Positions 1 through 9,341 of a stretch of 64,000 nucleotides of DNA are shown piece by piece. Numbering within the stretch: the first letter of the stretch is position 1; each line of letters starts with the position of its first letter. The position numbers and the translations under genes were made by a program. The stretch spans positions 220,430-284,429 of IMG/VR virus record IMGVR_UViG_3300030419_008158; one strand, written 5' to 3'. Below the pieces are notes generated by a model. The model had not been told where the DNA came from. It searched no databases and worked only from the letters and a program-made list of their open reading frames with translations.

Positions 1-594
1 CAAGACGTCTGGGTTTGAGACACCAAGTCTGCGACCAGTTTTCTTCATTGAATCTCTAACATGTTCGGCTTCCATGGTTCCACCACCATGAGACAGCCAG
101 ACCAGTTCCATCATATACTCTTTTATAAGAGTTGTGAATGGGTCTTTAGCGCTGAATGATTTCGCATCACTATTCTCAAGCATGTGGTGTAGATCATGCG
201 CCAGATAGTGAGGGTTAACGTCAGCTATGAATGTATCTCCACCGGCAGGAACTTCAAAAGACTTAGGGTAGACGTAAAGAAGATTGATTCCGTCTGGATC
301 CATCTCCTTCTGTATTTTCGGGTATAGCTTTCCGATGTTTGAAATGTCAGTAAGGGCAACTTGTCCTCTACTCTTGAACCCTGATACTTTACCCTGTATT
401 TCATTTGGCAGTCTATGCGCCCAGCTGAGGTCGTCTGTGTGTGCGACATAGATGTTGACGCTCTGTGGGATTGCTTTGAAGTAGTCAGCAACCTCTTCGC
501 GGACCATTACATCGTCGTCATCCTGCTTGAGATATTCAAAGTCGTCTAGAGGGACTTCCATGAGAAGGTCTCTTATGTATTCGTGTAGTAACAT
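1..594 (-). CDS. Leader-bearing (class A) putative virion cargo protein, partial (runs off window); HDxxH zincin-like motif
   Basis: Not in ORF track. ATG at 594 translates MLLHEYIRDLLMEVPLDD...YLAHDLHHMLE..., open to position 1; starts 1 nt after the stop of 596..1753. Confidence 0.8.
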   Translation of the reverse strand, partial: MLLHEYIRDLLMEVPLDDFEYLKQDDDDVMVREEVADYFKAIPQSVNIYVAHTDDLSWAHRLPNEIQGKVSGFKSRGQVALTDISNIGKLYPKIQKEMDPDGINLLYVYPKSFEVPAGGDTFIADVNPHYLAHDLHHMLENSDAKSFSAKDPFTTLIKEYMMELVWLSHGGGTMEAEHVRDSMKKTGRRLGVSNPDVL

Positions 595-595
595 C

Positions 596-1753
596 TTATA
601 ATCCTATAAAGATAACGTCGCCTGACGAGTTGTACTCTCTTGCCAAGGACGCCCAGACTCGCTTAGCTTCTGGTGAAGTTCCTGACCCTATTGTGCAGTG
701 ATGTGCTCCAATAAACACACCACCCGATGATCTAGAGTATTCTACTGCCTTGTCAATAAAGGCTTTGTAGATTTGCTTACCGTATCCCTTGCCTCTGTTT
801 TCAGGGTTGTTGATCCAGGCATTGTCAACATCATAGAATTTTGGTCGGAATACCGCTTGTCCTATCTCTACTTCTTCGTACTGACCAGTTTCTTCGTTTT
901 TAACAATGTCGGTTCTTGGTTTTGCGTTCGCTACATACTTCTTTTCTGCATCGAGATATTCAGGTGTCTTCATTAGAGCGTCAACATCTGATTGGCACTC
1001 TTTGAATCCAAGGTTTGACCCTCCTTGAGCATATCCGATGTTAGGTAGATCAACACGAAAGTAGTAGCTGTCACCTCTGTGCTTGAACGTAGCAGCCTCT
1101 GTCAAGGTTGCTGTGTATCTACTGTCACCTTCATATATGAACTGATCTACGTGATTAAAGCTTAAACCTTGAGCTGCGCCAAGAATTTCAACTTCAGCCA
1201 TGCATTCGTTTCTGGCACCACCTGCAAGATCTGAACCACTCCAGCTGGGTAATTCATCTTCTAAATCAGGAATCCAAAACCCGTAATCCTCAAGATCGTC
1301 AATCAAAAGCTCACTTACACCAATTGATTCAATGTCTTCTTCTTCTAGATCTCGAATGTCTCTAATGTCGTTGTCGATCATGTGCTTGACAATCTTTACG
1401 ATTGACGCGCGGTCAAAACAAACACTCGAGTCCATAACGTCTCTGAAAAATCCGTATCCTTTGTCGAAGAAGGTCGACTTGGAAAGCAAATCATCGAACA
1501 GCTCTTCATCGTAGTCCAGCTTTTCGAAGTAGAAGTTCTTCAGTGCAGATTCTGAAACCATGCCGAGAGTATCTTCACCGTTGAACAAGAATAGTACCCT
1601 GGAATAATCTTCTGCTGCAGTTCTTAACATATCACCGATATCGAACGATGTGCCGCTTTCGTATTCTGGCTGGATGTCAACTACGACAAGACTACCCTTT
1701 GATCCTTGCTCTTGCTCGAGTAAAACCCTTATATATTCACGCAGCAGCTTCAT
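596..1753 (-). CDS. Leader-bearing two-domain protein: isochorismatase-like N-domain + GNAT-like C-domain
   Basis: MKLLREYIRVLLE leader; LVVVDIQ motif; linker TLTE|AA; GNAT motif A ENRGKGYGKQIY. Confidence 0.6.
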   Translation of the reverse strand: MKLLREYIRVLLEQEQGSKGSLVVVDIQPEYESGTSFDIGDMLRTAAEDYSRVLFLFNGEDTLGMVSESALKNFYFEKLDYDEELFDDLLSKSTFFDKGYGFFRDVMDSSVCFDRASIVKIVKHMIDNDIRDIRDLEEEDIESIGVSELLIDDLEDYGFWIPDLEDELPSWSGSDLAGGARNECMAEVEILGAAQGLSFNHVDQFIYEGDSRYTATLTEAATFKHRGDSYYFRVDLPNIGYAQGGSNLGFKECQSDVDALMKTPEYLDAEKKYVANAKPRTDIVKNEETGQYEEVEIGQAVFRPKFYDVDNAWINNPENRGKGYGKQIYKAFIDKAVEYSRSSGGVFIGAHHCTIGSGTSPEAKRVWASLAREYNSSGDVIFIGL

Positions 1754-2346
1754 GATATCACCAGCTTTCCTGCAGCCTCAAGCGCACTCATTGTTGTGGG
1801 TGGCTTTGTGTATCTCTTGCTAAGGGGTGATCCCTGAAAGTCAACGACCTTTGGCATACCTGCGCTGCTTCGTCCGACTGTGGATGCATGTTGCTCGCAG
1901 TTATCTTCTTCTTCCGGTGTAATGGTGTTTTGCAAGTCATCAAGCTGGACGCTTTGTACGTCACTACGGTTTGACAGATAATAATCCCAGACTTCTCTTG
2001 CGGACGGTGAGACGTGATCACGATCGGAGACTAAGCCCCCACCGTTTTGAGTCGCCCATTCCATCATTACATCATATAGCATAGGGCCCCAGCCCTGGGA
2101 GGCATGTGATATTACAACTTCCCAGGCACCGCCGCACGGATGAGCAGGCTTCCTGACAGCTATTTTTCCACCGATTGGAGCTGTCGAATGAATATAGGTT
2201 CCGTAGTCAGGGTTTTTCACAACATAGCGAACTACAGCATGATCACCCTTGTTTAGGACCTCTACAAACACGTCTTCTGGTAAATCAGCAGGCCCTTTAG
2301 CAGCCTCGGTCAGCAGTTCTCTTATGTACTCGCGGAGTAGGTTCAT
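1750..2346 (-). CDS. Leader-bearing GNAT-fold protein
   Basis: MNLLREYIRELLTE leader; SQGWGPMLYD...VSPSAREVW resembles the C-domain of 596..1753 (KGYGKQIY...TSPEAKRVW). Confidence 0.55.
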   Translation of the reverse strand: MNLLREYIRELLTEAAKGPADLPEDVFVEVLNKGDHAVVRYVVKNPDYGTYIHSTAPIGGKIAVRKPAHPCGGAWEVVISHASQGWGPMLYDVMMEWATQNGGGLVSDRDHVSPSAREVWDYYLSNRSDVQSVQLDDLQNTITPEEEDNCEQHASTVGRSSAGMPKVVDFQGSPLSKRYTKPPTTMSALEAAGKLVIS

Positions 2347-3128
2347 CGCCCTGTTATCTCCTTCGCCTGCTCAAGCGTTTTAATGTTCCAGCCTTCGGGA
2401 TTTAGATCATACTTTGGGTGCAGACCTTGCATCACTAAGTCCAGCCAATACTCCCACAGCTCACCAGATTTTTCCTGAAGCTGGTTGCGTGATATACGGA
2501 TTGGTATCATCTCATCCAGCAAAGTGGCAGCTTTAGCTCTGTGGTGACCGTCTGAAAACATGAGAGATCCATCAGCATAAACTCGGACATCCAGGGGTTC
2601 CCTTATCCCACCAGCAAAATGTTTTTCAGCCCAGGCGAGTTGCTCTTCCTTGGGCAGCTTGCGAAAGTTTTGCCAATACCACTCGGTCCGGTACTCACCT
2701 GTATCTGTGTCTAAAATCTTGGCGGGTACCATCAACTGTTGGCCGGCTGTTTCAAGAAGCACAGACTCTTGCATCGTCCATGGGCCAGCCTGACCGCTTT
2801 TCAAACAGTTGACCATTGTCTCTTCGGCTGTGTATTCGTTATGAATTTCTGGTTGGAATATGTCGTAATACGTTTCTCTGTCAATCCCACCTGGTTTTGT
2901 GTCGTGGGTCTGCCAGTCAAATATCATATCACCTTTTTCAACCCAGGCATGAAGATAACTCTCGCCGCTAAACTTATCAGTCACCCTACCATGAACAACC
3001 TTGAACCTGGTTAGGTCTGAGAATTCTTCTTGAGAAGAACCCTGAGCCATCTTGACAGCATGCGGATAGCACTGGCCTATCGCAGTCTCAATCAGCAGAC
3101 CTCTTATGTACTCGCGGAGCAGGTTCAT
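2343..3128 (-). CDS. Leader-bearing two-domain protein: papain/transglutaminase-like (Cys-His-Asp) + ParB/Srx-like domain
   Basis: MNLLREYIRGLLIE; GQCY...HAWV...IFDW triad; linker MQESVLLE; FSDGHHR ParB/Srx motif. Confidence 0.6.
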   Translation of the reverse strand: MNLLREYIRGLLIETAIGQCYPHAVKMAQGSSQEEFSDLTRFKVVHGRVTDKFSGESYLHAWVEKGDMIFDWQTHDTKPGGIDRETYYDIFQPEIHNEYTAEETMVNCLKSGQAGPWTMQESVLLETAGQQLMVPAKILDTDTGEYRTEWYWQNFRKLPKEEQLAWAEKHFAGGIREPLDVRVYADGSLMFSDGHHRAKAATLLDEMIPIRISRNQLQEKSGELWEYWLDLVMQGLHPKYDLNPEGWNIKTLEQAKEITGR

Positions 3129-4345
3129 TAGTCTTCGCCCTTTGATACTGTCGTGTCATTATATTTCTTTTTCATCCAATTTGACAACGCTTTTGTCACG
3201 TCTATCTGAGACAGTCTTGTGTCGTCCGGAAACGATTTTAGGTTGTTGAGATAATCTTTAAAAAATAAATTCTCAACAGCATCATCGAGAACTCTAGACA
3301 CATCATCATCAACGTCTAATGCTGCAAGAGCTCCTGTCTCAGCCTCGTCCGGAAGCTTGTACGCATTTTTCGCAGCCATGGCAAGATTTTTTGCTGTTGC
3401 GAAACCTGGAATCATACCCTGGATTTCATCAACGACGATATCGGTTACTGTAGCAGCCAGTCCCTTGGCACCCTCCTTACCCTGCTTCTTAAGCTGAGCG
3501 TATTTGATCACCGCTCTTAGGTCGCCAACTGTCTTAACATCGTTAATTGACGTCATCTTTTTCTTTTGTTTTTTCTCTACAAGAATTTTCTGTAACAGCG
3601 CTTCCCTTATGTAACTTCTTATGATTGATTCATTCATGTACTTCTTGAGAAGGTCAATAAGCTCCTTGTCTTTACCCCTTGGTTGTTTACCAAGGTAGGG
3701 GACGACTAGTCCTTTTCTATCCCGCGGACCCTTGACCACCTCTGCAGGGCCCTCCTGTGCGTACTCATCTTCAAATTTTGTTAGGGCTTTCTTGATCTCT
3801 TCTTGGGACATCATCTTGATCGCAGCTTCGGGATGATTGGTCGATCTAAGTCCTGAAATGCTAGATGCGCCGTCCTCATGTTTGTGCGCGCCACGAATAC
3901 CTTTTTTTTGTTTCGCGCTGTAATAAGAAGAGTCAACCGAGTCCCACAGCTCGTCTTTATCCATGGTCTTGCCCAAGAATTCTATCTCATCCCCAGCCTC
4001 TTCCCACACCTCTTGTGATATGAGAACTTCTGACCCTGTATCAAACCGGTTCACTCCTCCCGATTTTTCGATGACCCAGTGCGGAACTTTGTAGGCATAC
4101 ACGTTACCGCTAACACCATGATTCCAGGCGATATCTGTTGGGTTGGGTGTTAGAAACACACCGGATTTAACGGGACCCTCTATCCAGTCTCTGGACCAGC
4201 CTTCCTCTCCTTTTGCACCCCAGCGCTCGGCCGGTTTTGGTGAAGCGGGGCGTTTGCCGATATGATAAAGTGTACGCTTGTCCTTCTGGCCTCGAATCGA
4301 TTTTTCAGATAGAATATCTCTTATATGTTTTCGAATCAAATCCAC
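3128..4345 (-). CDS. Leader-bearing protein: ART-fold-like N-domain + internal leader + helical C-domain
   Basis: Start refined to GTG 4345 (AGGA upstream): VDLIRKHIRDILSE; LYHIG...GVFLT...SEVLI; internal MNE|SIIRSYIREALL; C-domain paralogous to 53121..53897. Confidence 0.55.
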   Translation of the reverse strand: MDLIRKHIRDILSEKSIRGQKDKRTLYHIGKRPASPKPAERWGAKGEEGWSRDWIEGPVKSGVFLTPNPTDIAWNHGVSGNVYAYKVPHWVIEKSGGVNRFDTGSEVLISQEVWEEAGDEIEFLGKTMDKDELWDSVDSSYYSAKQKKGIRGAHKHEDGASSISGLRSTNHPEAAIKMMSQEEIKKALTKFEDEYAQEGPAEVVKGPRDRKGLVVPYLGKQPRGKDKELIDLLKKYMNESIIRSYIREALLQKILVEKKQKKKMTSINDVKTVGDLRAVIKYAQLKKQGKEGAKGLAATVTDIVVDEIQGMIPGFATAKNLAMAAKNAYKLPDEAETGALAALDVDDDVSRVLDDAVENLFFKDYLNNLKSFPDDTRLSQIDVTKALSNWMKKKYNDTTVSKGED

Positions 4346-4355
4346 TTTAAAGTTC

Positions 4356-5612
4356 CTAAAAGCATATTTCACTACTCATAACATCTTCTAAATAACCAAA
4401 TGTATTTTCTGGTTTACCGTTCAAATCAAAAGTCATTCCGGAGGTCGCATCAGCAAGAGGCTCCCATCCGCCGGTTATGTCTTTGCTCATGTTGTCTATG
4501 AAAGCGTACAGCTTTATATCATCAATTGATTCGAGCATCATCAATAGCTTTTCCTGTGTTATCGTACTGTTAGTATTGTATGACTTACCGACTTTTGATG
4601 CAGGAATTAGAAAACTTTGTCCAGGCTCATCAGTAAAAACTATGACAATTTTTTTGCTATTCGCTCGCCAGTCCACATAAAACTCATCAAGAGGCGGATC
4701 GGACTCATCTATTACATTGCCCACCCATACAGGCCATAAAAGCTCTTCCCACTGGTATGGCAAAAAAGCAGATATATTTCTTAGAGATAAATAAAGTGCG
4801 TCATATAACATCTCATACTGCCCTATCATGTCATATGTTGTTACGTCACCTAGCACATCCTGAAATTCCCCTATTGCTTGCAGGTTACTAGCCAAGTACA
4901 GAAAATTATGTTTTCCTGGCGTGTCGCCGGCGTTTTTAGGGCCCACAATAAGTGCCCACTTTACATGACTTGATTCTTTATACTTTTCAGAGAAAGCACT
5001 TGCAAGTGCATAGACAGATTCAATTTCTGGTAACATAGATGCAGACAAATCAAGTATGATCAGTACGTCGACGTCTTCTTTTTCACACTCATCGTAAACG
5101 CTAATACTTGAGTCTTCTTCAGGGTCAGAAAGTGCGTCTTCAGGTTGCTCTGCTGCGATGTCTTTGACGTCTTTTTCTTCTCTTTCACCTTGTGTAAAGC
5201 TTCCCTTGCAGAGACCCTCTTCTAAGTACCCTTTAACGCAGTATGTTGTATAAAAACCTTCGTTTCCGTCTTCTGTGACGCAAGGCTTTTCGCCCAAATT
5301 ATAGTGGTGAGGATCACACTCTAGAAACTCTTTGCACTCACTCATACTCAACACTATCGGCGGGTCCACACAGACATCTTTTGTAATCTCAATTCTCATT
5401 AGAGGTCCACTAACACCAGGGCAAAAATAATATTCTGTTCTTATACATAGTTTCTCGTATTCTTCTTGAGAATCAACTATTATAATTTCGCTGGTGTCGT
5501 TGTCATAATTCACATGTGTATGGTAGACAGGGTTTTCCATAAACCATTCCGAACAACTTACGTTGGTAAAAGACAGCAATATCATCGCAAGAAGTATTAG
5601 TGTGTGTTTCAT
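4356..5612 (-). CDS. Secreted/lipoprotein with Cys-rich region and von Willebrand factor A domain
   Basis: Hydrophobic N-terminus ending VSC; MIDAS DLSAS; VFTDE. Confidence 0.75.
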   Translation of the reverse strand: MKHTLILLAMILLSFTNVSCSEWFMENPVYHTHVNYDNDTSEIIIVDSQEEYEKLCIRTEYYFCPGVSGPLMRIEITKDVCVDPPIVLSMSECKEFLECDPHHYNLGEKPCVTEDGNEGFYTTYCVKGYLEEGLCKGSFTQGEREEKDVKDIAAEQPEDALSDPEEDSSISVYDECEKEDVDVLIILDLSASMLPEIESVYALASAFSEKYKESSHVKWALIVGPKNAGDTPGKHNFLYLASNLQAIGEFQDVLGDVTTYDMIGQYEMLYDALYLSLRNISAFLPYQWEELLWPVWVGNVIDESDPPLDEFYVDWRANSKKIVIVFTDEPGQSFLIPASKVGKSYNTNSTITQEKLLMMLESIDDIKLYAFIDNMSKDITGGWEPLADATSGMTFDLNGKPENTFGYLEDVMSSEICF

Positions 5613-6142
5613 GCTTTCACCATCATGGGGCTTTCTTCGTCTTTCAAGAGGATGAGATCGAATTGTGATTCCTGAGATGCGAATTTATCTTTTCTCTTAA
5701 TGAAGAGGTATATCGCCGTGATTGGCATAGCGGCACCAGGTTCCATTCTTATTTCGTTTTCGTCCCAGAACAGCCGCGGTTCTTGGCCCGCAGTAATTGG
5801 ATCGTAGCCTTGTCCATCGTCGATAGTAGCCTGAAGGATTACATGAATTGTCTTGCCTCTATTCGAAGCATCCCACACATCAGCAAATCTAACAGCAGTA
5901 TGAAAAGTCTCAGACCACGAAACACCGGTGGATTCATTTTGTAGCTGACCGAGGATTAATCTTGCTCGCTCGTCGCCGCTGATTTTACCCCTACGGATTG
6001 CTGACGCTAATGATGCACTGGGCATTGTAAGCTTCATCCCTCTGTATACGTTTTTCTTGCCCTTTGTGAAGGATGGTTGTCCGTAAGCTGATGCAATCCT
6101 TTCGTTCAATAGAGACCTTATGTATTCGCGGAGAAGTTTCAT
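5609..6142 (-). CDS. Leader-bearing ADP-ribosyltransferase (R-S-E class)
   Basis: MKLLREYIRSLLNE; VYRG...VSWS...DENEI catalytic motifs. Confidence 0.7.
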   Translation of the reverse strand: MKLLREYIRSLLNERIASAYGQPSFTKGKKNVYRGMKLTMPSASLASAIRRGKISGDERARLILGQLQNESTGVSWSETFHTAVRFADVWDASNRGKTIHVILQATIDDGQGYDPITAGQEPRLFWDENEIRMEPGAAMPITAIYLFIKRKDKFASQESQFDLILLKDEESPMMVKA

Positions 6143-6489
6143 TATATCTTACTCAAACTATCCGGCCATTTTTTCCATGTTCGACTGTCACCGTCAGGCT
6201 GAACCATGACGAATTTTCCGCCGCGGCGCACAACAGTCCCCACCTTTAGAGAACCGTTCTTGAGCGTCCATTGGACCCGGTCGCCTTTTTTGAATCCGGC
6301 CTTTAATTCATTTCGCTTTCGCTTGACTGTGTCAGCCACAGCTGTCCATATGACTCGAAGATCAGCTATTGGCATCTCTTCCATTTGATCCAAGATAACT
6401 TGAACGTTTGGGTTCTGGGCAGGTGGTTCTACGGGAGCATCTGCCGTTTCCTGAATCAATTTTCTTAGTTGTCTCTTAGTAATTTTCAT
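6142..6489 (-). CDS. Leader-bearing (class B) small protein with SH3/KOW-like C-domain
   Basis: Start refined to ATG 6489 (ATGA overlap): MKITKRQLRKLIQE; FKKGDRVQW...GTVV. Confidence 0.7.
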   Translation of the reverse strand: MKITKRQLRKLIQETADAPVEPPAQNPNVQVILDQMEEMPIADLRVIWTAVADTVKRKRNELKAGFKKGDRVQWTLKNGSLKVGTVVRRGGKFVMVQPDGDSRTWKKWPDSLSKI

Positions 6490-7301
6490 ACCCAACCCCT
6501 CGATGTGAACTCTTTGTGAGTCATGACTTGAATGTCCAGGCCGGCTTCTTCCGCCAGATCCTCCCATTCTTCTGCTTCTGTTGTATCGGGAACTTTCGGT
6601 TCGGTTCGTTCGGAACCCGGGTGCCACTCCGGAGGCAATCTGGTAAGTGGACCATCAGGTACGATCAACGCCATAGGTGTCCAGTTATCAACCAGCGCCT
6701 CATTGTTCTGTGTGCTTCGAAATCCGCCAAAGCTTGGATCCCAGTCTTCTTCATCCAGGACTAGAATCTTGTACTCTTCATAAGCTTCTGGGTCGTATGT
6801 CGATTGAACGCCCTTGTTGATACCAGACTGCTTCTTCATATCCGGGAATACTTCTTCGTATGCCAGTGTTCCCCCTGTGTAAAGCTGGTCCATATCATTT
6901 GCCAAAAGCGTGATATGGCCTTTGATAAGAATGCCATAGTCTCCGAATTTACCTGCACCCTTGATCTCACCTGGTAGATAAGCTGAAGCTGATAATTCAT
7001 CCTTGGAGCTAAATGATCCGTCAAGAAAAGCTTTCATCGTCTGAGGGCTTCGAAACCAGTGAACAGTTACCAAGCTGTCAAGAAACCCGCGATCAGCACT
7101 TTTGGCAAACGCCTTCTTGAGATCTCGCCCCTGTGAACGTGCTTGCTTAACTAGTTCAACATGTTCTTCATCGGTAGCGTATACACTGGGGGTTGGATTG
7201 TTCTCTTTAGTACCTGCTGCGGCGAGATCTTTAGCTAACTGTTTGCGTTTAGCTGCGTCTTCAATCAGCAGACCTCTTATGTATTCTCGGAGGATGTTCA
7301 T
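6486..7301 (-). CDS. Leader-bearing protein, possible ART-like fold
   Basis: MNILREYIRGLLIE; VHWF...ELSAS...NNEALV pattern, loosely similar to 28741..29571. Confidence 0.4.
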   Translation of the reverse strand: MNILREYIRGLLIEDAAKRKQLAKDLAAAGTKENNPTPSVYATDEEHVELVKQARSQGRDLKKAFAKSADRGFLDSLVTVHWFRSPQTMKAFLDGSFSSKDELSASAYLPGEIKGAGKFGDYGILIKGHITLLANDMDQLYTGGTLAYEEVFPDMKKQSGINKGVQSTYDPEAYEEYKILVLDEEDWDPSFGGFRSTQNNEALVDNWTPMALIVPDGPLTRLPPEWHPGSERTEPKVPDTTEAEEWEDLAEEAGLDIQVMTHKEFTSRGWV

Positions 7302-7302
7302 T

Positions 7303-8616
7303 TTATGTCTTATCTCCGACTATAGTATCTATCAGCGCTTTTCTTCTGTCCTTATCAGCCCACGCTTTTTGCGCGTACGGGTCTAGCGAGTGAAGAGGGT
7401 CGAAATACAAAAACTTTTTTCCTGGCTTTACGCTGGGTGCTGTGTATACGCTTATCCCAAAATTCCTGTCGTATCTCTCAAAAGAATGTACGCAACGCTT
7501 TCCACCGCCGCCGGGAGCATCGACAACAAACGTGGGTGTGTTAAATCCAGCAGTAACTCCTCGCACACTCTTCTCAACATCTATCGCAGTCTGAACTGAC
7601 GTTCTCATATCCTCAGTACCAGCTGTTAGGTCATGAATGTAGACATAGTAAGGCTGGATGTTAATGTAGCTTAGCTTTTTCACCAATGATATCATGCTGT
7701 CGGCAGAGTCGTTCACGTGATTCTGAAATACAGACTGATTTCTGACTTTTACTCCCCTCGAAAATAAAACGTTCATGGCGTCTTGTGTGATACCCGTAAT
7801 TTCATTTGAGTGATTGAAATGCGTATGAATACATACCTCTTTGTACTGTTTTCTTGCCTTGCTAGTTATCCTACACACAGCATCTGTCCACGCTGCGTCT
7901 GTCAAGATCTTCATCGGCATAATCGCAAGACCCTTCGTAGCAAATCGGAACCGCCTAATGTGATCAATCTTTAGAAGCTCTTCACCTAAGTCTTTTACCT
8001 GAGAGGCTTTTAAGCGATAAGAATCTCCTCCGGATATCACTACATCCTGAATTTGCTTGTTTTCGCGGAGGTACTTGAACATATCATTCCACCGATCTCG
8101 AGAGGCTTTAATAGATACTTTCTCCGCTGTGTCTGTGTCTCCCCCGACGGCGTATGCCCGAGTGCAGTATCGACAGTATACAGGGCACGTGTCTAGCGCA
8201 AGAAATAGCACCTTATCTTCGTATCGATGAGTCAGACCTTTTACAGGAGAGTCTGCCTGTTCACCCAAGCTATCGAAACGTAACATAGGATGATCAGGTT
8301 GAAGATGTGAAGCAAGCGTCAGGAATTGTCTTCTGATGGGACAATTGTCAGGATTGTTCCAATTCATCAACGAAAGAAGATAAGGCGTAATACGTGTCGT
8401 CATCGGTGCTCTTCTAAAACCTTCTTTAGCGTCTTCTAGAAACTTTTTATCCACAAGATCCTGAATTGTATTTAGAAGCTTCCTGTGATTTGTAATTGCA
8501 TTCTTTTCTTGCCACTTATGATCAACAAAAGTGTCATAGTCGATATCCCGCCATGCAGGAATAGCTCTCCAAAACTCATCGCCTCTGAATTCTGTGCTGT
8601 CTGAAAAGACGTTCAT
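7303..8616 (-). CDS. kamA: KamA-family radical SAM enzyme (lysine 2,3-aminomutase-like)
   Basis: LTHRYEDK, CPVYCRYC, ISGGD, HFNH, NQSV, PGGGGK. Confidence 0.9.
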   Translation of the reverse strand: MNVFSDSTEFRGDEFWRAIPAWRDIDYDTFVDHKWQEKNAITNHRKLLNTIQDLVDKKFLEDAKEGFRRAPMTTRITPYLLSLMNWNNPDNCPIRRQFLTLASHLQPDHPMLRFDSLGEQADSPVKGLTHRYEDKVLFLALDTCPVYCRYCTRAYAVGGDTDTAEKVSIKASRDRWNDMFKYLRENKQIQDVVISGGDSYRLKASQVKDLGEELLKIDHIRRFRFATKGLAIMPMKILTDAAWTDAVCRITSKARKQYKEVCIHTHFNHSNEITGITQDAMNVLFSRGVKVRNQSVFQNHVNDSADSMISLVKKLSYINIQPYYVYIHDLTAGTEDMRTSVQTAIDVEKSVRGVTAGFNTPTFVVDAPGGGGKRCVHSFERYDRNFGISVYTAPSVKPGKKFLYFDPLHSLDPYAQKAWADKDRRKALIDTIVGDKT

Positions 8617-9341
8617 GCAAAACCTCCAGCGTTAGGATATCTTATCTTTGCATATTTTCTATACTCACTTCTTATTTTAAGCATAAAGGGATGTAGACTC
8701 TCTTCAGAATAACCGTTCGCTTTTCCCGTTTCAAAAATTCTGTACAGCTCATAATCTATCACATCACTCAAAGGCACCTTGTTGGATTTTGCTCTCTTCA
8801 TAAACCCAGCAATGTGTGCCTTTACTTCGGCGGGACAAAGATAGTATTCAGCAGCATTTGAAAGTGACTTCCAAATCACATCAGCTGTGGGTGTCTTTTC
8901 TTGACAATCCATAAGTTCCCACGTCTCTTGCCCTGAGTGCTCTAGTTCATGTCTAATAACATCAACTAGCTCGTCATTAATGTTACTAAGAACTTGATCC
9001 GGATAATCTCGAGGCAAAACAAGATTCACACGTAAATCTGACGTCGATCTTTGGGACTGTGATGCTCCTAAATCATACTCATAAGCAGCATCTGCGTTGA
9101 CAGATTGTCCCTCTGTTACATGGATAATCACATCCCTAAGATAATCTATTTCTGTAATTTCCGGTACATTCTGCAGCCTAAAATAGGCTTCTCCAGTTTG
9201 TCTAAAATGCTCTCGAACATCTTCATCTTTTAGAGCACTTAGAACATGGCGCTTTATTATTGTCGTATATCTATCAAGCTTGCGACCGGTAATCACAGCC
9301 TCAAACAGCAAAGAGCTTATATAGTCACGGAGAAGCTTCAT
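8613..9341 (-). CDS. Leader-bearing zinc metallopeptidase-like (HExxH...E) protein
   Basis: MKLLRDYISSLLFE (ATG 9341); IRHELEH...YY..PAEVKAH. Confidence 0.65.
   Translation of the reverse strand: MKLLRDYISSLLFEAVITGRKLDRYTTIIKRHVLSALKDEDVREHFRQTGEAYFRLQNVPEITEIDYLRDVIIHVTEGQSVNADAAYEYDLGASQSQRSTSDLRVNLVLPRDYPDQVLSNINDELVDVIRHELEHSGQETWELMDCQEKTPTADVIWKSLSNAAEYYLCPAEVKAHIAGFMKRAKSNKVPLSDVIDYELYRIFETGKANGYSEESLHPFMLKIRSEYRKYAKIRYPNAGGFA

Noticed and set aside
225-491. Track ORF 225..491 and the many short antisense ORFs throughout
   Set aside because: They overlap better-supported genes in another frame (here the leader-bearing ORF 594->1) and have no RBS or motifs.
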